A stretch of DNA of 64,000 bases from Candidatus Moanibacter sp. (lineage in GTDB: Bacteria; Verrucomicrobiota; Verrucomicrobiia; Opitutales; UBA2987), in NCBI GenBank assembly GCA_965215885.1, contig CBDCEW010000083.1, positions 14,875-78,874 of the forward strand. The letters run 5' to 3'. Below the pieces are notes generated by a model. It searched no databases and was not told the origin of the DNA. It was given only the letters and a program-made list of their open reading frames with translations. A program made the translations under genes and the position numbers. Positions 1-10,256 of this stretch are shown piece after piece; positions within the stretch are counted from its first letter, which is position 1; each line of letters starts with the position of its first letter.

Positions 1-2
1 AC

Positions 3-290
3 AGCTTCTACAAGCAGCTCGAACCCTTTAAAGCTCGCTACAACAACTATCGTGACGACCACGATCTGTTTCGCAATTTGACTCACAGTGACGGCGTTCT
101 TATAGAGAGGGGCTGTGCGGTCGAAGCGCATTTATTCCCCACCGCAACTTATCCCCCTCGGGTGCAGGCGGTGGTGCTTGAGTATCTGCAAACTCTCAAT
201 CAGAAGCCCTTACTGATGCCCGACGGTTCAGGCCGAAGAATCATCTTCCGACTGGGCAAAAAATCGGGATTTAAACTTGCGATTGCATAG
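3..290 (+). mobile_element. C-terminal end of a probable transposase, running off the window start
   Basis: The frame is open from base 3 (SFYKQLEPFKARYNNYRDDHDLFRNLTHSDG...FKLAIA*). It resembles C-termini of unclassified DDE transposases, but catalytic residues are not visible. Confidence 0.45.
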
Positions 291-375
291 TGCCTTTAGA
301 GGGGCAATATAGTGAGGTCTGAACCTCTGTAAATGACTTTGTAGCGAGTATTTAAATCACAGCGAATTCAGCGAC

Positions 376-688
376 ACAGAGCATCACAGAGAAGCACCGA
401 GCATCACGGAGGATGTTACTTAAAAAGGGATCGAATTGGTAGGAGTCGATTTCGCCTGCTCTGACGTTCGGCAGAGTGGGAAACGGTAAGAGAAGCATTT
501 ACGAGAGCATTTTCTTTCAATTCGATCTCAGATAACGCTCTCGTAAATGCTTCTCTAACCGTTACAATCGCGCTCCGCGCGAGGCGAAGTCGACTCCTAC
601 CTCGATCTATTGTACGTTCATTTTCCTGCTTTCCTGCTTTCCTTATTCAATCTCAGTGTGCCTCAGTGGTTCTCTGTGCCGCTCTGTG
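376..688. repeat. three nested inverted-repeat pairs (REP-like)
   Basis: Outer pair cacagagcatcacagagaagcac / gtggttctctgtgccgctctgtg; middle pair taggagtcgatttcgcc / ggcgaagtcgactccta; inner pair aacggtaagagaagcatttacgagagc / gctctcgtaaatgcttctctaaccgtt. Confidence 0.85.
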
Positions 689-754
689 ACCCCTCTTTTG
701 AAGTCGGACCATTAATATGTTGTATCGAAAAGTACCCCAAAGGAGTATTAATCA

Positions 755-1597
755 ATGAAAACCGGAATGAACCTGCTGCTCTGGACCCCAGTGGTCACGG
801 AAGAGCATCTTGGGCTGATCGAAGACATCAAGGATTGGGGTTTCGAAGGAGTGGAGTTTCCCATGTTCGATCCCGACGCCTCCCCATGGGCGAAGCTGGC
901 GGAGAATTTAGATGGGTTGGGTTTGGGCCGCACAGCATGCACCATCATGCCAGAAGGCGCTAACCTGATCGGTGAAAGCGTCGAGGAGCGTGAAGCCGGC
1001 GTGAGGCACTTGAAGCGCTGTATCGACAGCCTGGCGACGTTGGGCGGGGAGATTCTCCTTGGCCCATTGCACAGCCCTTGCGGGCGCCTCGTAGGTCGCG
1101 GCTCCAACGACGACGAATGGAAATGGTGCGTTGAGGGTCTGCGAGCCGCCGGTGAACACGCTCAAGGCTCCGGAATTATCCTGGCCCTCGAAGGTCTAAA
1201 CCGTTTCGAGACCTATATGATCAATTGCCAGGCTGATCTGTCGCGCATGACCGATGAAATCGGTTTGGACAACGTAGGGCAAATGTATGACACCTTCCAT
1301 GCCAACATCGAAGAGAAGGATATCGCGGAAGCCATTCGCACCGGCGGATCGCGCATCCGAACCGTGCACATCTCCGCTAACGACCGCGCCACGCCTGGTG
1401 AGGATCACATCGACTGGTCGACGACTTTCGCGACACTCAAGGAAATCGGTTACGACGGATGGCTGACGATCGAATCGTTTGGCAAAGCTCTGCCCGAAGT
1501 GGCCGCGGCAACTTGCATCTGGCGTTCAATGGCGCCGAGCGAGGAGCATGTCTCCCGCGAAGGATTGAAGATGATTCAATCGTTGTGGAATGATTGA
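755..1597 (+). CDS. sugar phosphate isomerase/epimerase, D-psicose/D-tagatose 3-epimerase family
   Basis: Metal-ligand motifs EGLNRFE, DTFH, HISANDR and IESF; AAGGAG RBS upstream. Confidence 0.9.
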   Translation: MKTGMNLLLWTPVVTEEHLGLIEDIKDWGFEGVEFPMFDPDASPWAKLAENLDGLGLGRTACTIMPEGANLIGESVEEREAGVRHLKRCIDSLATLGGEILLGPLHSPCGRLVGRGSNDDEWKWCVEGLRAAGEHAQGSGIILALEGLNRFETYMINCQADLSRMTDEIGLDNVGQMYDTFHANIEEKDIAEAIRTGGSRIRTVHISANDRATPGEDHIDWSTTFATLKEIGYDGWLTIESFGKALPEVAAATCIWRSMAPSEEHVSREGLKMIQSLWND

Positions 1598-1785
1598 CCG
1601 TGGTGCCGCCTCGCCGGATTCTGATGAAAAGTTGAAGCGAGGTCAGAGGTGCTGAACGGAAAACGGTCCAGCTACTAAAATTTCGCATGTCGATGATAGG
1701 GGTAGCCGGACCCCGGCAAGCCGGGGTTCGGTCTCGTGCGAAGGCTTCGTAGAGGAACGCGGGGGCGTTTCTAAGTATCGGCAGC

Positions 1786-2547
1786 TCAAGAATCCCACAG
1801 ATTCCTCGGCATAAAAAATTCTCGTTCTTTGGCGTCCGCATAACCATCCATCGAAACTGCTACGACACCGGGACTGTTGAGTGCCGCTTGCACGATTTCG
1901 CGGTTGAATGAATGCACGTACTCGGACTCGAGATACTCCCTAACCGGCATCCAGAGGCATTCCTCAATCTCCTGAACTTGAATCGTAATGTCGCGGTTCC
2001 GTGGTTTCAGTCGACAGACGAAGTAAATATCGGACTTCGAATAACGATACCCGTGCCAGTGACGAAAGCAGACAATCGCGTCGAAGATCGTGTCGATACC
2101 AGTCTCTTCGCGAACTTCTCGAATGACACAATCGGCCAGGTGCTCCTGCGGATGAAGCGCGCCTCCCGGCAGCTTGTATGAGGGTTTCTTACTGCGCCGG
2201 TGACGCTCACACACAACGAGTATCTCGTTGCTGTCCGTCAGAACGACGCCGCCGGCTCCAATGTAGTGGGTCGCGAAACCTGGAATGAAAGCATCCTCCG
2301 CCAGGCGAAGAGTCATCATCAGGTACTTTTCGCCGGTGTGATGAAAGTCAAAACCGGCATCTACGCCCACTGGGACTAACTCGGATCGGTTTATCGGCAC
2401 TTCCAGCCACACGAGAAGGATACCGTCTGCCCTCCACTGCTTGAGAGAATGATCCAACCGCCGCCGAAATACATCCGGATCAGCCGGCAGTCGATCCCGT
2501 TCGATTACGACTCCGTTGAACGGATTCACTGAGTGCTCGAGCAGCAT
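1786..2547 (-). CDS. Nudix hydrolase with N-terminal pre-Nudix domain (plant NUDT2/6/7-like)
   Basis: Nudix box GGALHPQEHLADCVIREVREETG and GFDFHH motif. Start may instead be 2601. Confidence 0.88.
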   Translation of the reverse strand: MLLEHSVNPFNGVVIERDRLPADPDVFRRRLDHSLKQWRADGILLVWLEVPINRSELVPVGVDAGFDFHHTGEKYLMMTLRLAEDAFIPGFATHYIGAGGVVLTDSNEILVVCERHRRSKKPSYKLPGGALHPQEHLADCVIREVREETGIDTIFDAIVCFRHWHGYRYSKSDIYFVCRLKPRNRDITIQVQEIEECLWMPVREYLESEYVHSFNREIVQAALNSPGVVAVSMDGYADAKEREFFMPRNLWDS

Positions 2548-2643
2548 GCTGTGGCAACTATCCCGAAATAATCCGCGGAGAGCTGGTCGAGCGTTGGACA
2601 TTTCTCCCCGTCACCGTGTCTCGCTCCCTCTTTCCTTTCAACG

Positions 2644-3603
2644 CTACCCCCGGTACTCCACCGCCTCGATCTCATTCACCAGCCGAACGGATTTGATGAC
2701 ATCGCGAATGTCCGTAATCGGAAAGCCGCCATTGTGGATACAGTCGACGAGGTCTCGGTGCATGCGAAGCTCACCGCCATAGGCCAATTTATCCTCCGGG
2801 TCATCTCCATCAATCTCCCAAGCCGGAATCGTCCGCGTCTCGTCGTTCTCCGCGATCACTATCTTATCCGGCAATTGGAGGTAGCACCCCACCCCGACAC
2901 CGTGCACATCGGCTTCGAGAACCCGCGCACCCGACGCGCGATTGGCGACAATCACGCCCGTCGCGTCATTGTCGAACCGCACCAGGGCGACGTAGCTGTT
3001 GTAGTGGTCGGAACCGAATTTGTCCCGGTAAGCCGTAACCGCAGCCAGTTCGCCTCCAGACATGTAGCGCACCAGGTCAACGATGTGACACGCATCGTTC
3101 CAAAGCGTGCTGGTGCTCTCAAACGCCTTGTCGCCGAGCAGGCGCTTGTTAAAAGTCGCGCAAATCTGGGAAACCGCTCCGCTTGCGTTGACAACTCGCA
3201 TCGCTTCGCGCGTCACTGCCGCATACCTCCGCTGGTGCCCCACAAGGCAACACACCTCGTTCGCCACCGCGGCGTCGTGGATCTGCTGCGCTTCAGTGAG
3301 GGTTTTCCCCACCGGCTTCTCGATCAGCAGATGCGCACCGGCATTCAGGCAATCCAATGCCGGCTGCAGCAGCCACTTCTCGTTCATCACGCAGTAGACG
3401 ACATCCGGCTCCACCTCCCGAAACATCTGCATATGGTCCGTGTAGCTACGGGGAATCCCGTATTCATCCACCACAACCTGCATGAATGCTTCGTTCAACT
3501 CGCACACCGCCGCCACCTCGATGTCCTCCTTGAGCCGATGGACAATCGGGTAATGCGTCCTACGGCTGCGGCTCCCGGCTCCGATAAATGCTGCTTTTAA
3601 CAT
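2644..3603 (-). CDS. Gfo/Idh/MocA family oxidoreductase
   Basis: FIGAG Rossmann start, LLIEKP, VGHQRRY and DACHIVD motifs. Confidence 0.9.
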   Translation of the reverse strand: MLKAAFIGAGSRSRRTHYPIVHRLKEDIEVAAVCELNEAFMQVVVDEYGIPRSYTDHMQMFREVEPDVVYCVMNEKWLLQPALDCLNAGAHLLIEKPVGKTLTEAQQIHDAAVANEVCCLVGHQRRYAAVTREAMRVVNASGAVSQICATFNKRLLGDKAFESTSTLWNDACHIVDLVRYMSGGELAAVTAYRDKFGSDHYNSYVALVRFDNDATGVIVANRASGARVLEADVHGVGVGCYLQLPDKIVIAENDETRTIPAWEIDGDDPEDKLAYGGELRMHRDLVDCIHNGGFPITDIRDVIKSVRLVNEIEAVEYRG

Positions 3604-4163
3604 AATTTCGAAATCTGAATGTTCCTCGATTGCCCAGCGTTAACGTACTGGGAAGATCTGAGAAAGAACACTAACGACGGCCGTGAACTTCGTGCAACTC
3701 AATTTCGGAGGCAACTGAGCATATGGCTCAAAGATTCTGTGAAATAGTCCGGTCACCTGACTATTGCCATTTCGAGACCAGCGTAGCTGAGCGTGGCAAT
3801 CAAGAGAAGGGTAGGTGGGGCCTTCCCTATTCCTGGATCGCCGCGCCTCCCTTCGGTCGGCTCGCGATGACAGCGCCTCTTGTGTAGCTCTGCGCGAGTG
3901 ACATCCGTATTGAGTTCCCCTCCTGGGAGGGGCAGGGGTGGGTTTTTCTCAAGTCTGTTTCTGCCTCCAATAGGGGCTATATTACCGCCCTCGATCGCTG
4001 TCTGCCGTGGACATAGTCGAAGGACATGCACTTAAACATCAAATCAGACCAACCGGGTGCGATATCAAAACAGGCATATAGATGCTGATTCAAATCTTAT
4101 TGAATCTCCGTCAAACCTCATATTCTCTGCGCACTAAACTGCAAAATAGCTTAAGGCACAAAA

Positions 4164-4958
4164 ATGAGTCTGAAATTCGAATACACTGTTTTCACAAAGC
4201 CCTGGCGGGATAAATCTCTCGGCGACTTGGGCAGATTCGTAAAAGACCTCGGCTTCAGTGGGGTTGAATTGCCCGTCCGACCCGGTTTTCAAGTAGAGCC
4301 GGAGAACGTCGATCGCGACCTGCCTGAAGCGGCCAGGATACTGCGCGAGGAAGGCGTTAAGATCGGCACTCTCGCTGGACCGACCGATGAGAAGACGATC
4401 GCGGCCTGCGAAGCAGCCGGGGTCCCAATCATCCGAATCTGTGTAAAACTCGACGCCCAACTTGGATACTTGAAGGAGGAAGCGCGTGTGCAAGAGCTGT
4501 TCGACGCTGCTCTACCGACGCTCGACCGGCACAGGGTCGCGATTGGAGTACAGAATCACTGCGATTTTCAGGTGAACAATGCCATGGGTATTCTCCATAT
4601 GATCGAAAAATATGATCCGAAGCATATCTGTGCTGTTCTCGACCAGGCGCACTGCGGATTGAACGGTGAGCCGCCCGAATACGCCATCGACATCGTCTGG
4701 AAATATCTGCGGGTAATGAATCTCAAGAGCGCCTACTGGTTGCGAACCAACGGAACCGAGGCAGAATCCGCAACCTGGAAGAACTACTGGACAACCGGAA
4801 GGCACGGACTGGCCTACTGGCCACGAGTGGCAGCGGAATTGAAGAAGCGTAATTTCTCGGGGGATCTCTGTCTGACCGCGGAATACTCAGACCAGGACTC
4901 CGTCGACCGGCTCATCGCAGAAGACATCGCCTTCGCGCGCTCACTCTTCGACGAGTAG
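4164..4958 (+). CDS. sugar phosphate isomerase/epimerase (xylose isomerase-like TIM barrel)
   Basis: GFSGVELPVRPG, VQNH, LDQAH and TAEYS motifs. Confidence 0.85.
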   Translation: MSLKFEYTVFTKPWRDKSLGDLGRFVKDLGFSGVELPVRPGFQVEPENVDRDLPEAARILREEGVKIGTLAGPTDEKTIAACEAAGVPIIRICVKLDAQLGYLKEEARVQELFDAALPTLDRHRVAIGVQNHCDFQVNNAMGILHMIEKYDPKHICAVLDQAHCGLNGEPPEYAIDIVWKYLRVMNLKSAYWLRTNGTEAESATWKNYWTTGRHGLAYWPRVAAELKKRNFSGDLCLTAEYSDQDSVDRLIAEDIAFARSLFDE

Positions 4959-4963
4959 AAATC

Positions 4964-5065
4964 ATGAAACTGTCCCTATCGATACGGGTGGCCGAAGCAT
5001 TCGGGAATAAGCGAGTCCTGACAGTCCCGGTTGCGGAACTCGCCGCCATCGCAACCCAAGCATGA
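4964..5065 (+). pseudogene. truncated N-terminus of a second isomerase/epimerase-like gene
   Basis: MKLSLSIRVAEAFGNKRVLTVPVAELAAIATQA* starts 5 bp after the previous stop and ends just before the ISL3 remnant. Confidence 0.5.
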
Positions 5066-5140
5066 AGATGAACTGAGCACTCCGCGGGAAAAGCGTGGAG
5101 GACGAAATCACAATTAATCCTGACTGTGTGTAAGTAGGCG

Positions 5141-5706
5141 ATGGTGCGTTGGGGGCTCAAACGGCGCGATATGAGCGGGATTGAGGCGATCGGAGTCGAT
5201 GAGGTGCAGTATCATCGAGGCCATCACTATCTCACCGTGGTCTACCAGCTTGACGAGGGGCGGCGGCGGCTATTGGGCGTATTCAATAAGCGCAACGTAA
5301 AATCGCTCTTGCGTTTTTTCTGGGAATTGGGAGCGCAAAAGAGCAGCCAGATCCTCTACGTCTGCTCGGATCTGTGGAAGCCTTACCTCAAAGTGATCAA
5401 GAAAAAGGCACCCCAGGCGCTGCACATCCTCGATCGCTTCCACTTGGTAGCCAACCTGAACAAGGCCCTCAATGAGATTCGTGCTGCGGAAGCCAGGCGA
5501 TTGCAACGGGACGGCTAATCAACGTGCTGGTCAAAAGCAAATACTGTTTCTTCAAAAATCCGCAAAATCTCACCCCCACCCAACAGATCCGCCTCAAGGA
5601 GGTGCTCCAATACGATCTGAAGAGCGTGCGGGCCTATCTACTAAAGGAGAGCTTTCAGCTCTTGTGGCATTATAAAAGTCCCTACTGGGCCCAATGGTAT
5701 CAATGG
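5141..5706 (+). pseudogene. ISL3 family transposase internal fragment, frameshifted
   Basis: IGVDE, YLTVV, CSDLWKPY, ILDRFH and RAYLLKESF motifs. A 1-nt frameshift lies at ~5516, and both ends are missing. Confidence 0.88.
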
Positions 5707-5742
5707 TGCAGACCCGAATTGCACCAAAATAGGACAAAAATC

Positions 5743-5847
5743 GCTCGCAAGCGAGCTTCCTACAAATTGCGTAAGTTTTGTAGGAAGGCCGCTTGCGGCC
5801 GAATCGGGAACGTCGGTGATCAACGTAACGATTCCCTGAGCTAATGC
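5743..5847. repeat. REP-like element, second copy at ~40070-40215
   Basis: Shared aatcgctcgcaa..gcgagcttcctac..tgtaRgaaggccgcttgcggccgaatcgggaac..cgtaacgattcc. Confidence 0.8.
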
Positions 5848-5863
5848 CATCCGGCATAGACTC

Positions 5864-6580
5864 CTATAACCCTGCCGGAACAAGACTGAGTTCGGGAACC
5901 CGAGCGCGAGGGTGAAGGTTAGCCACAAAGAGGCAGGCCTCTGCCACATCCTCGGGCTGCAGCGCCTTGGCCAATACCTCCGGTGGCGTGGGTGTGGGCC
6001 GTTTCAGGACGAGCGGTGTGTCGCAAAGACCGGGAAAGATAACGGTTGCCCGGATTCCATTTTCACACTCTTCAAGGAATGTTCCGTGGGCCAGACCCGA
6101 TAGTCCGCTCTTGCTCGCCTGGTAGGAGACACCGGATACATCCGGCGACAGAACCGCTTTGGTCGAAAGATAGATGATCAGGCCACTCTTTTGCTTTCGC
6201 ATAGCCGGCAGGACCGCTTTTGTACAATAAAATGCGCCGCTCAGGTTCGTAGACATCATCATTTCCCACGTTTCGACCGACAAAACCTCAAGGCTCCTAT
6301 CGGGGATATTTGTCCCCGCGGCGTAGACCATGATATCGACCCGCCCCAGTTTCTCGAGGGTCCTGGCGAGCAGCCGCTCGACCGATTCGGGGTCGGTCAC
6401 GTCTGTCGGGCAAACTATCGCGCCATTTCCAATTTCTGTCGCAGCTTCTTCCAGCTTAGCTTCGCTGCGCGCCGCCAGAACTACCCGCATTCCATTCCGC
6501 GCGAAAGCAACTGCTGTCGCACGCCCCATTCCGCTGCTGCTTCCAACAATGACAGCTACACGATTGTTTTTCGGTTTCAT
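5864..6580 (-). CDS. SDR family oxidoreductase
   Basis: VGSSSGMG and YQASK motifs; GAGAAGTGG upstream of the ATG at 6580. Confidence 0.9.
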   Translation of the reverse strand: MKPKNNRVAVIVGSSSGMGRATAVAFARNGMRVVLAARSEAKLEEAATEIGNGAIVCPTDVTDPESVERLLARTLEKLGRVDIMVYAAGTNIPDRSLEVLSVETWEMMMSTNLSGAFYCTKAVLPAMRKQKSGLIIYLSTKAVLSPDVSGVSYQASKSGLSGLAHGTFLEECENGIRATVIFPGLCDTPLVLKRPTPTPPEVLAKALQPEDVAEACLFVANLHPRARVPELSLVPAGL

Positions 6581-7000
6581 GTCCACTTCTCTAACCCGCA
6601 ACGAATCTGCTTCAATTCAATTCGACAGGAGACTCATTACTCGAGTTCGTAAACACGATAATCACACCGAGAGGGATGGGAGTGCAATTGGGGGTCGCAA
6701 CTAATACTTCCTCCGAAAAAGTGGTTTACCACGTAGCTTACGACAAGGTTCGGGACAAGGTTTGCGACGAGGTTTGAACAGAGGTGATTCCAACTCCTCC
6801 TCTGAGGTTTCTCTTCCCGTTACATGGAACCATCCGAAAGGGAAACCTCATCCCGAACCTTGGCGCGAACCTTGTCGAACTCACTTCGATTTTAGATCAC
6901 GATTACGATCACGACAAAAGATCTAACAGACTTCGCACTCTTATCGTGAATCTCAACCCTGTAGCCGGACGCCTTTGCGTTCGGTCTTAAGCAACTCCAG

Positions 7001-7061
7001 CCCGCCCAAGGGCGGTCCTACAGCTCTGACACACGGGTGGGTAGGACCGCCCTTGGGCGGG
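7001..7061. repeat. GTAG-type REP hairpin
   Basis: cccgcccaagggcggtcctac ... gtaggaccgcccttgggcggg, a perfect 21-bp inverted repeat. Confidence 0.85.
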
Positions 7062-7253
7062 ATGAACCAGCACAGTGATTCAATCTAACAACATCCCGCG
7101 CAAAGCGGCCCGGCAGATCTGATCAGCGAGGCTTGGGAAGTTGCTTCCAGGTAGGACGGAGAACTCCTATTCTTATTGACGAAGAAACCGAAAGTGCATC
7201 GAAGATAGCAATTAGGAACCACGTAAATTCGATAACAGTAGGATTACCAAGAA

Positions 7254-7861
7254 ATGGAAGAACCAAAACTTCGCCTCCTCCTGAAGAGTTCCCTCCGCAA
7301 AAAAATCCTCCCTTCCGAAGCGCTCGACAATCTCAAGAGCTTTGCGGAGGTAGAGGTCAACCCGCATGACCGCGACCTCACCGAAGATGAAGCCGTCGCA
7401 TCCTTCTCTACGATCCCTTCGTAACGGAAGAGAGTGCGAGGGACGCATACGGCGCGGAATTGGTTGACCTTGAAACCATGGCCCGCGAATCCGAAGTAGT
7501 CTCCTGCCACGCCCCCAAGCTCGACGCCACGAAGCAGATGTGGAACGCCACCCATTTCCGGCTCATGCAAGACGACGCCGTATTTATCAACAATTCCCGC
7601 GGCGCAAATATTGATGAGGACGCGCCCATCGCTGAACTGCAGACCGGCCGCATCTTCGCCTGCATCGACGTCACAGAACCGGAACCGTGCGCACTGGACA
7701 GCCCCTTGCGCAGCCTCCCCAACGTCATCCTCACCCCCCACATCGCGGGCGCGCAGACCTACCGTGTTGGGGAAATGGCCGCGGAAGAGCTGCGCCGTTA
7801 CTTCGCCGGCGAGGAACAGCTCTTTCAGGTCAAAAAGGAGATGCTCTTTCGGATGGGTTGA
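7254..7861 (+). pseudogene. D-2-hydroxyacid dehydrogenase with internal deletion and frameshift
   Basis: The N-terminus MEEPKLRLL...DLTEDEAVA is joined out of frame at ~7400 to ILLYDPFV...SCHAP...INNSRG...LTPHIAG. The GxGxxG region is absent. Confidence 0.82.
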
Positions 7862-7864
7862 TAA

Positions 7865-8113
7865 TCACTCGCTTGATTTACCATTACCACCAACCGAAGA
7901 TATGCCTTTTTCAATCGCAACTACATGAAGACCAGCAACCGTAACACTGGAATCGTCATCGAACCACACAACTGCTCGAGTGCCTCTCGGATTCAACCCA
8001 GCGTGGTCAGAAGTGGGAACGGGGTATCGCCCCCCACTACTTGTAACTATGGTAAATGCCTCGAAGGGGCTGGCTTCCAAATGCTGGCGAATATCTCCAA
8101 TCACAACAATCAA
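7865..8113 (-). CDS. small hypothetical protein
   Basis: 82 aa with a protein-like pattern (PFEAFTIVTSSGGRYPV..DH) that I recall from PVC hypothetical proteins. Confidence 0.6.
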   Translation of the reverse strand: MIVVIGDIRQHLEASPFEAFTIVTSSGGRYPVPTSDHAGLNPRGTRAVVWFDDDSSVTVAGLHVVAIEKGISSVGGNGKSSE

Positions 8114-8400
8114 TAGTGCCTACTTTATCCTGGATTTGCAAACTCAAATCCAGGATCCGGTCTTGCCACACTACACTAATCTTGATCCCGTCGAGCGGGG
8201 CGAGGAAGAATGACGAAACAATTCAAACGAACTGGAGCGAAACCAAATCCTCACTAGAGGCTGATCGAAAAGGGTAATTCATGCACCCTAGTCTCCACTC
8301 GACCCCTGTCCCCCAAGAGCACCCAGGTCCGGTTAGTGCCTGGATAGCCAAGACAGTATTGCTCCAAACAATGAAATGATGAGTGGAGCGACATGATATA

Positions 8401-10248
8401 CTACCAGCGGTAGGTGAAATAGAAAGATACCTGACGCCTTGCGGCCGGAGTTGCAGGGATTTCTTCGAAACTGCTATTGAACAAATTATCGACCGCCATA
8501 CTCAGTTCCAGTCCTTCGAACTCAGGGACAAACACAACCAGGCCGAGTGACGTAAGGGCTGCATTATCCGAGCTGCGCCTCAGTGGATTTTCCTTCTGGG
8601 AACGGAATTCGTTATCGATGCGCAATTCGAACCGTTCAAGGAAGCGATAAACAAATGCCGCGGTAAAGCGGTGCCGAGGAAAGTTCAGAGCATAAAAACT
8701 GGCATCAACTTGAGCGCTCCCGTAGTCCTCGCTCTTCCTGACGTAAGTATAACCGAGCATCAAACTTAGATTCTTCCAGCTCTTAATGAAGGTTACTTCG
8801 CTACCAAACGTATCGATATCCACATTATTAGCGCTGCGCGCGGAGGTGCTCTCAAAATTGAAGGTCCAATCCAACAACCCACGGTCGAGCCTGTAAAAGA
8901 GAGCGACATGGCTCTGCCAATTCGGGCGAAAATAATCAACCCCTACCTCAAAATTCCTGCTGCGCTCACGAGCCGCATCGGGCTTGCCACGAAAGAGCCC
9001 CGCATTGGGGTTGGCGCCAATTGCAGTGTAACCCGACACCTGGCTGCTATCCGCATATTCGAAATACACGCGCCGCCCGCTGCCGTCTTTGGCTCTCTTA
9101 GAAAAGGATAGCGAAGCCATCGGAGACACTCTCGAATCGTCCCGGTTTGTGTCATCGTAGCTCGCGCCGATTCGCAGAACGAATTCAGCCCCTTCAGCAA
9201 TTGAACGGCGCCACTCCGGGACCATAGCGATTTTGTAGTAACTGCGAGAGCGGAACGGCCCGAATACCAGATTGCTGGACGTGATTTCGTCAGAAACAAA
9301 CTGTCCGCTGTAATTTAGAGCGAAACCCTCGAACGCCTGCCTCCCCTGGAAACCAGCAGACCAAACCACAGTTTCATGTTTAAAGGGATTAAACTGTCCC
9401 GGAACATAACGGTTGAATTCGTAATCATCCTTGTGCCGCCGGTAGTAGACCGTAATTTCCAAGTAACTCTCATCAGGGAAATTCGTTCGGTGGTTGACCA
9501 TATACAGGTTCGTCTGCAAATTCTCCGTCTCGGCTACATTGAAAGGCGTATACATGTTTGGCCATCCAAAGAACTTCGACTGATACCCGGCGAAGAAGTC
9601 AGTCTGTGAATGCTCCCTGAGTAGCTGAATCCTCCCACCAAACCGATCGAATTCATAGTCGCCATCAGGACGCGTACCGTCGGACTCCGAACGCGCAAAA
9701 GAAAGATCGATTCCTACTGTTTTCCCCTTGTTAAACTCGACAACTTCGCCGACATAAACGCGCTGCAGATTTAAGGCGTTGTCCCCGATTCCTACCGCGG
9801 CTTCACCACTGCTGTCGATCGCGTTCCATGCGTAATTTATGGAACCCACCGTCGAATTAAATCCCGCATGCGCATTCTCAATCCCGGTAATGATCCTCGG
9901 CACCGAAAGCATCTTTGGATCGATAGGGATCTCGGCAAAATAGTGCCCCGTCTGCGGATCAAAAAGAGTGGCCGCCCCTACCCTGAATCCGGTGTTCTCA
10001 AAAATACCTCCGCGTATACTCACATCGCCCTGTGCCTCAGCCAGATTCCGGGACTGTATATCGATAAGAGGCTCGTAGCGGAGTTCCGTAACCGCTGTGG
10101 CATACGTGCCCGCCGAATCGGGATTAGCTACCCTCGACACCGTTACTGTTAGCTCCGGTAAAGTCGCGAAAGCCTCCGCATTCAGACCAGGACTCTGTGC
10201 AAATCCCGTGACTGGCAAACAGGCTAGTATCAAGAGGTTCCTCTTCAT
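8401..10248 (-). CDS. TonB-dependent outer membrane receptor
   Basis: Signal peptide, ELTVT TonB-box-like segment, plug VSIRGG, VDNLFN and terminal FYFTYRW. Confidence 0.9.
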   Translation of the reverse strand: MKRNLLILACLPVTGFAQSPGLNAEAFATLPELTVTVSRVANPDSAGTYATAVTELRYEPLIDIQSRNLAEAQGDVSIRGGIFENTGFRVGAATLFDPQTGHYFAEIPIDPKMLSVPRIITGIENAHAGFNSTVGSINYAWNAIDSSGEAAVGIGDNALNLQRVYVGEVVEFNKGKTVGIDLSFARSESDGTRPDGDYEFDRFGGRIQLLREHSQTDFFAGYQSKFFGWPNMYTPFNVAETENLQTNLYMVNHRTNFPDESYLEITVYYRRHKDDYEFNRYVPGQFNPFKHETVVWSAGFQGRQAFEGFALNYSGQFVSDEITSSNLVFGPFRSRSYYKIAMVPEWRRSIAEGAEFVLRIGASYDDTNRDDSRVSPMASLSFSKRAKDGSGRRVYFEYADSSQVSGYTAIGANPNAGLFRGKPDAARERSRNFEVGVDYFRPNWQSHVALFYRLDRGLLDWTFNFESTSARSANNVDIDTFGSEVTFIKSWKNLSLMLGYTYVRKSEDYGSAQVDASFYALNFPRHRFTAAFVYRFLERFELRIDNEFRSQKENPLRRSSDNAALTSLGLVVFVPEFEGLELSMAVDNLFNSSFEEIPATPAARRQVSFYFTYRW

Positions 10249-10256
10249 GTTTTTAC

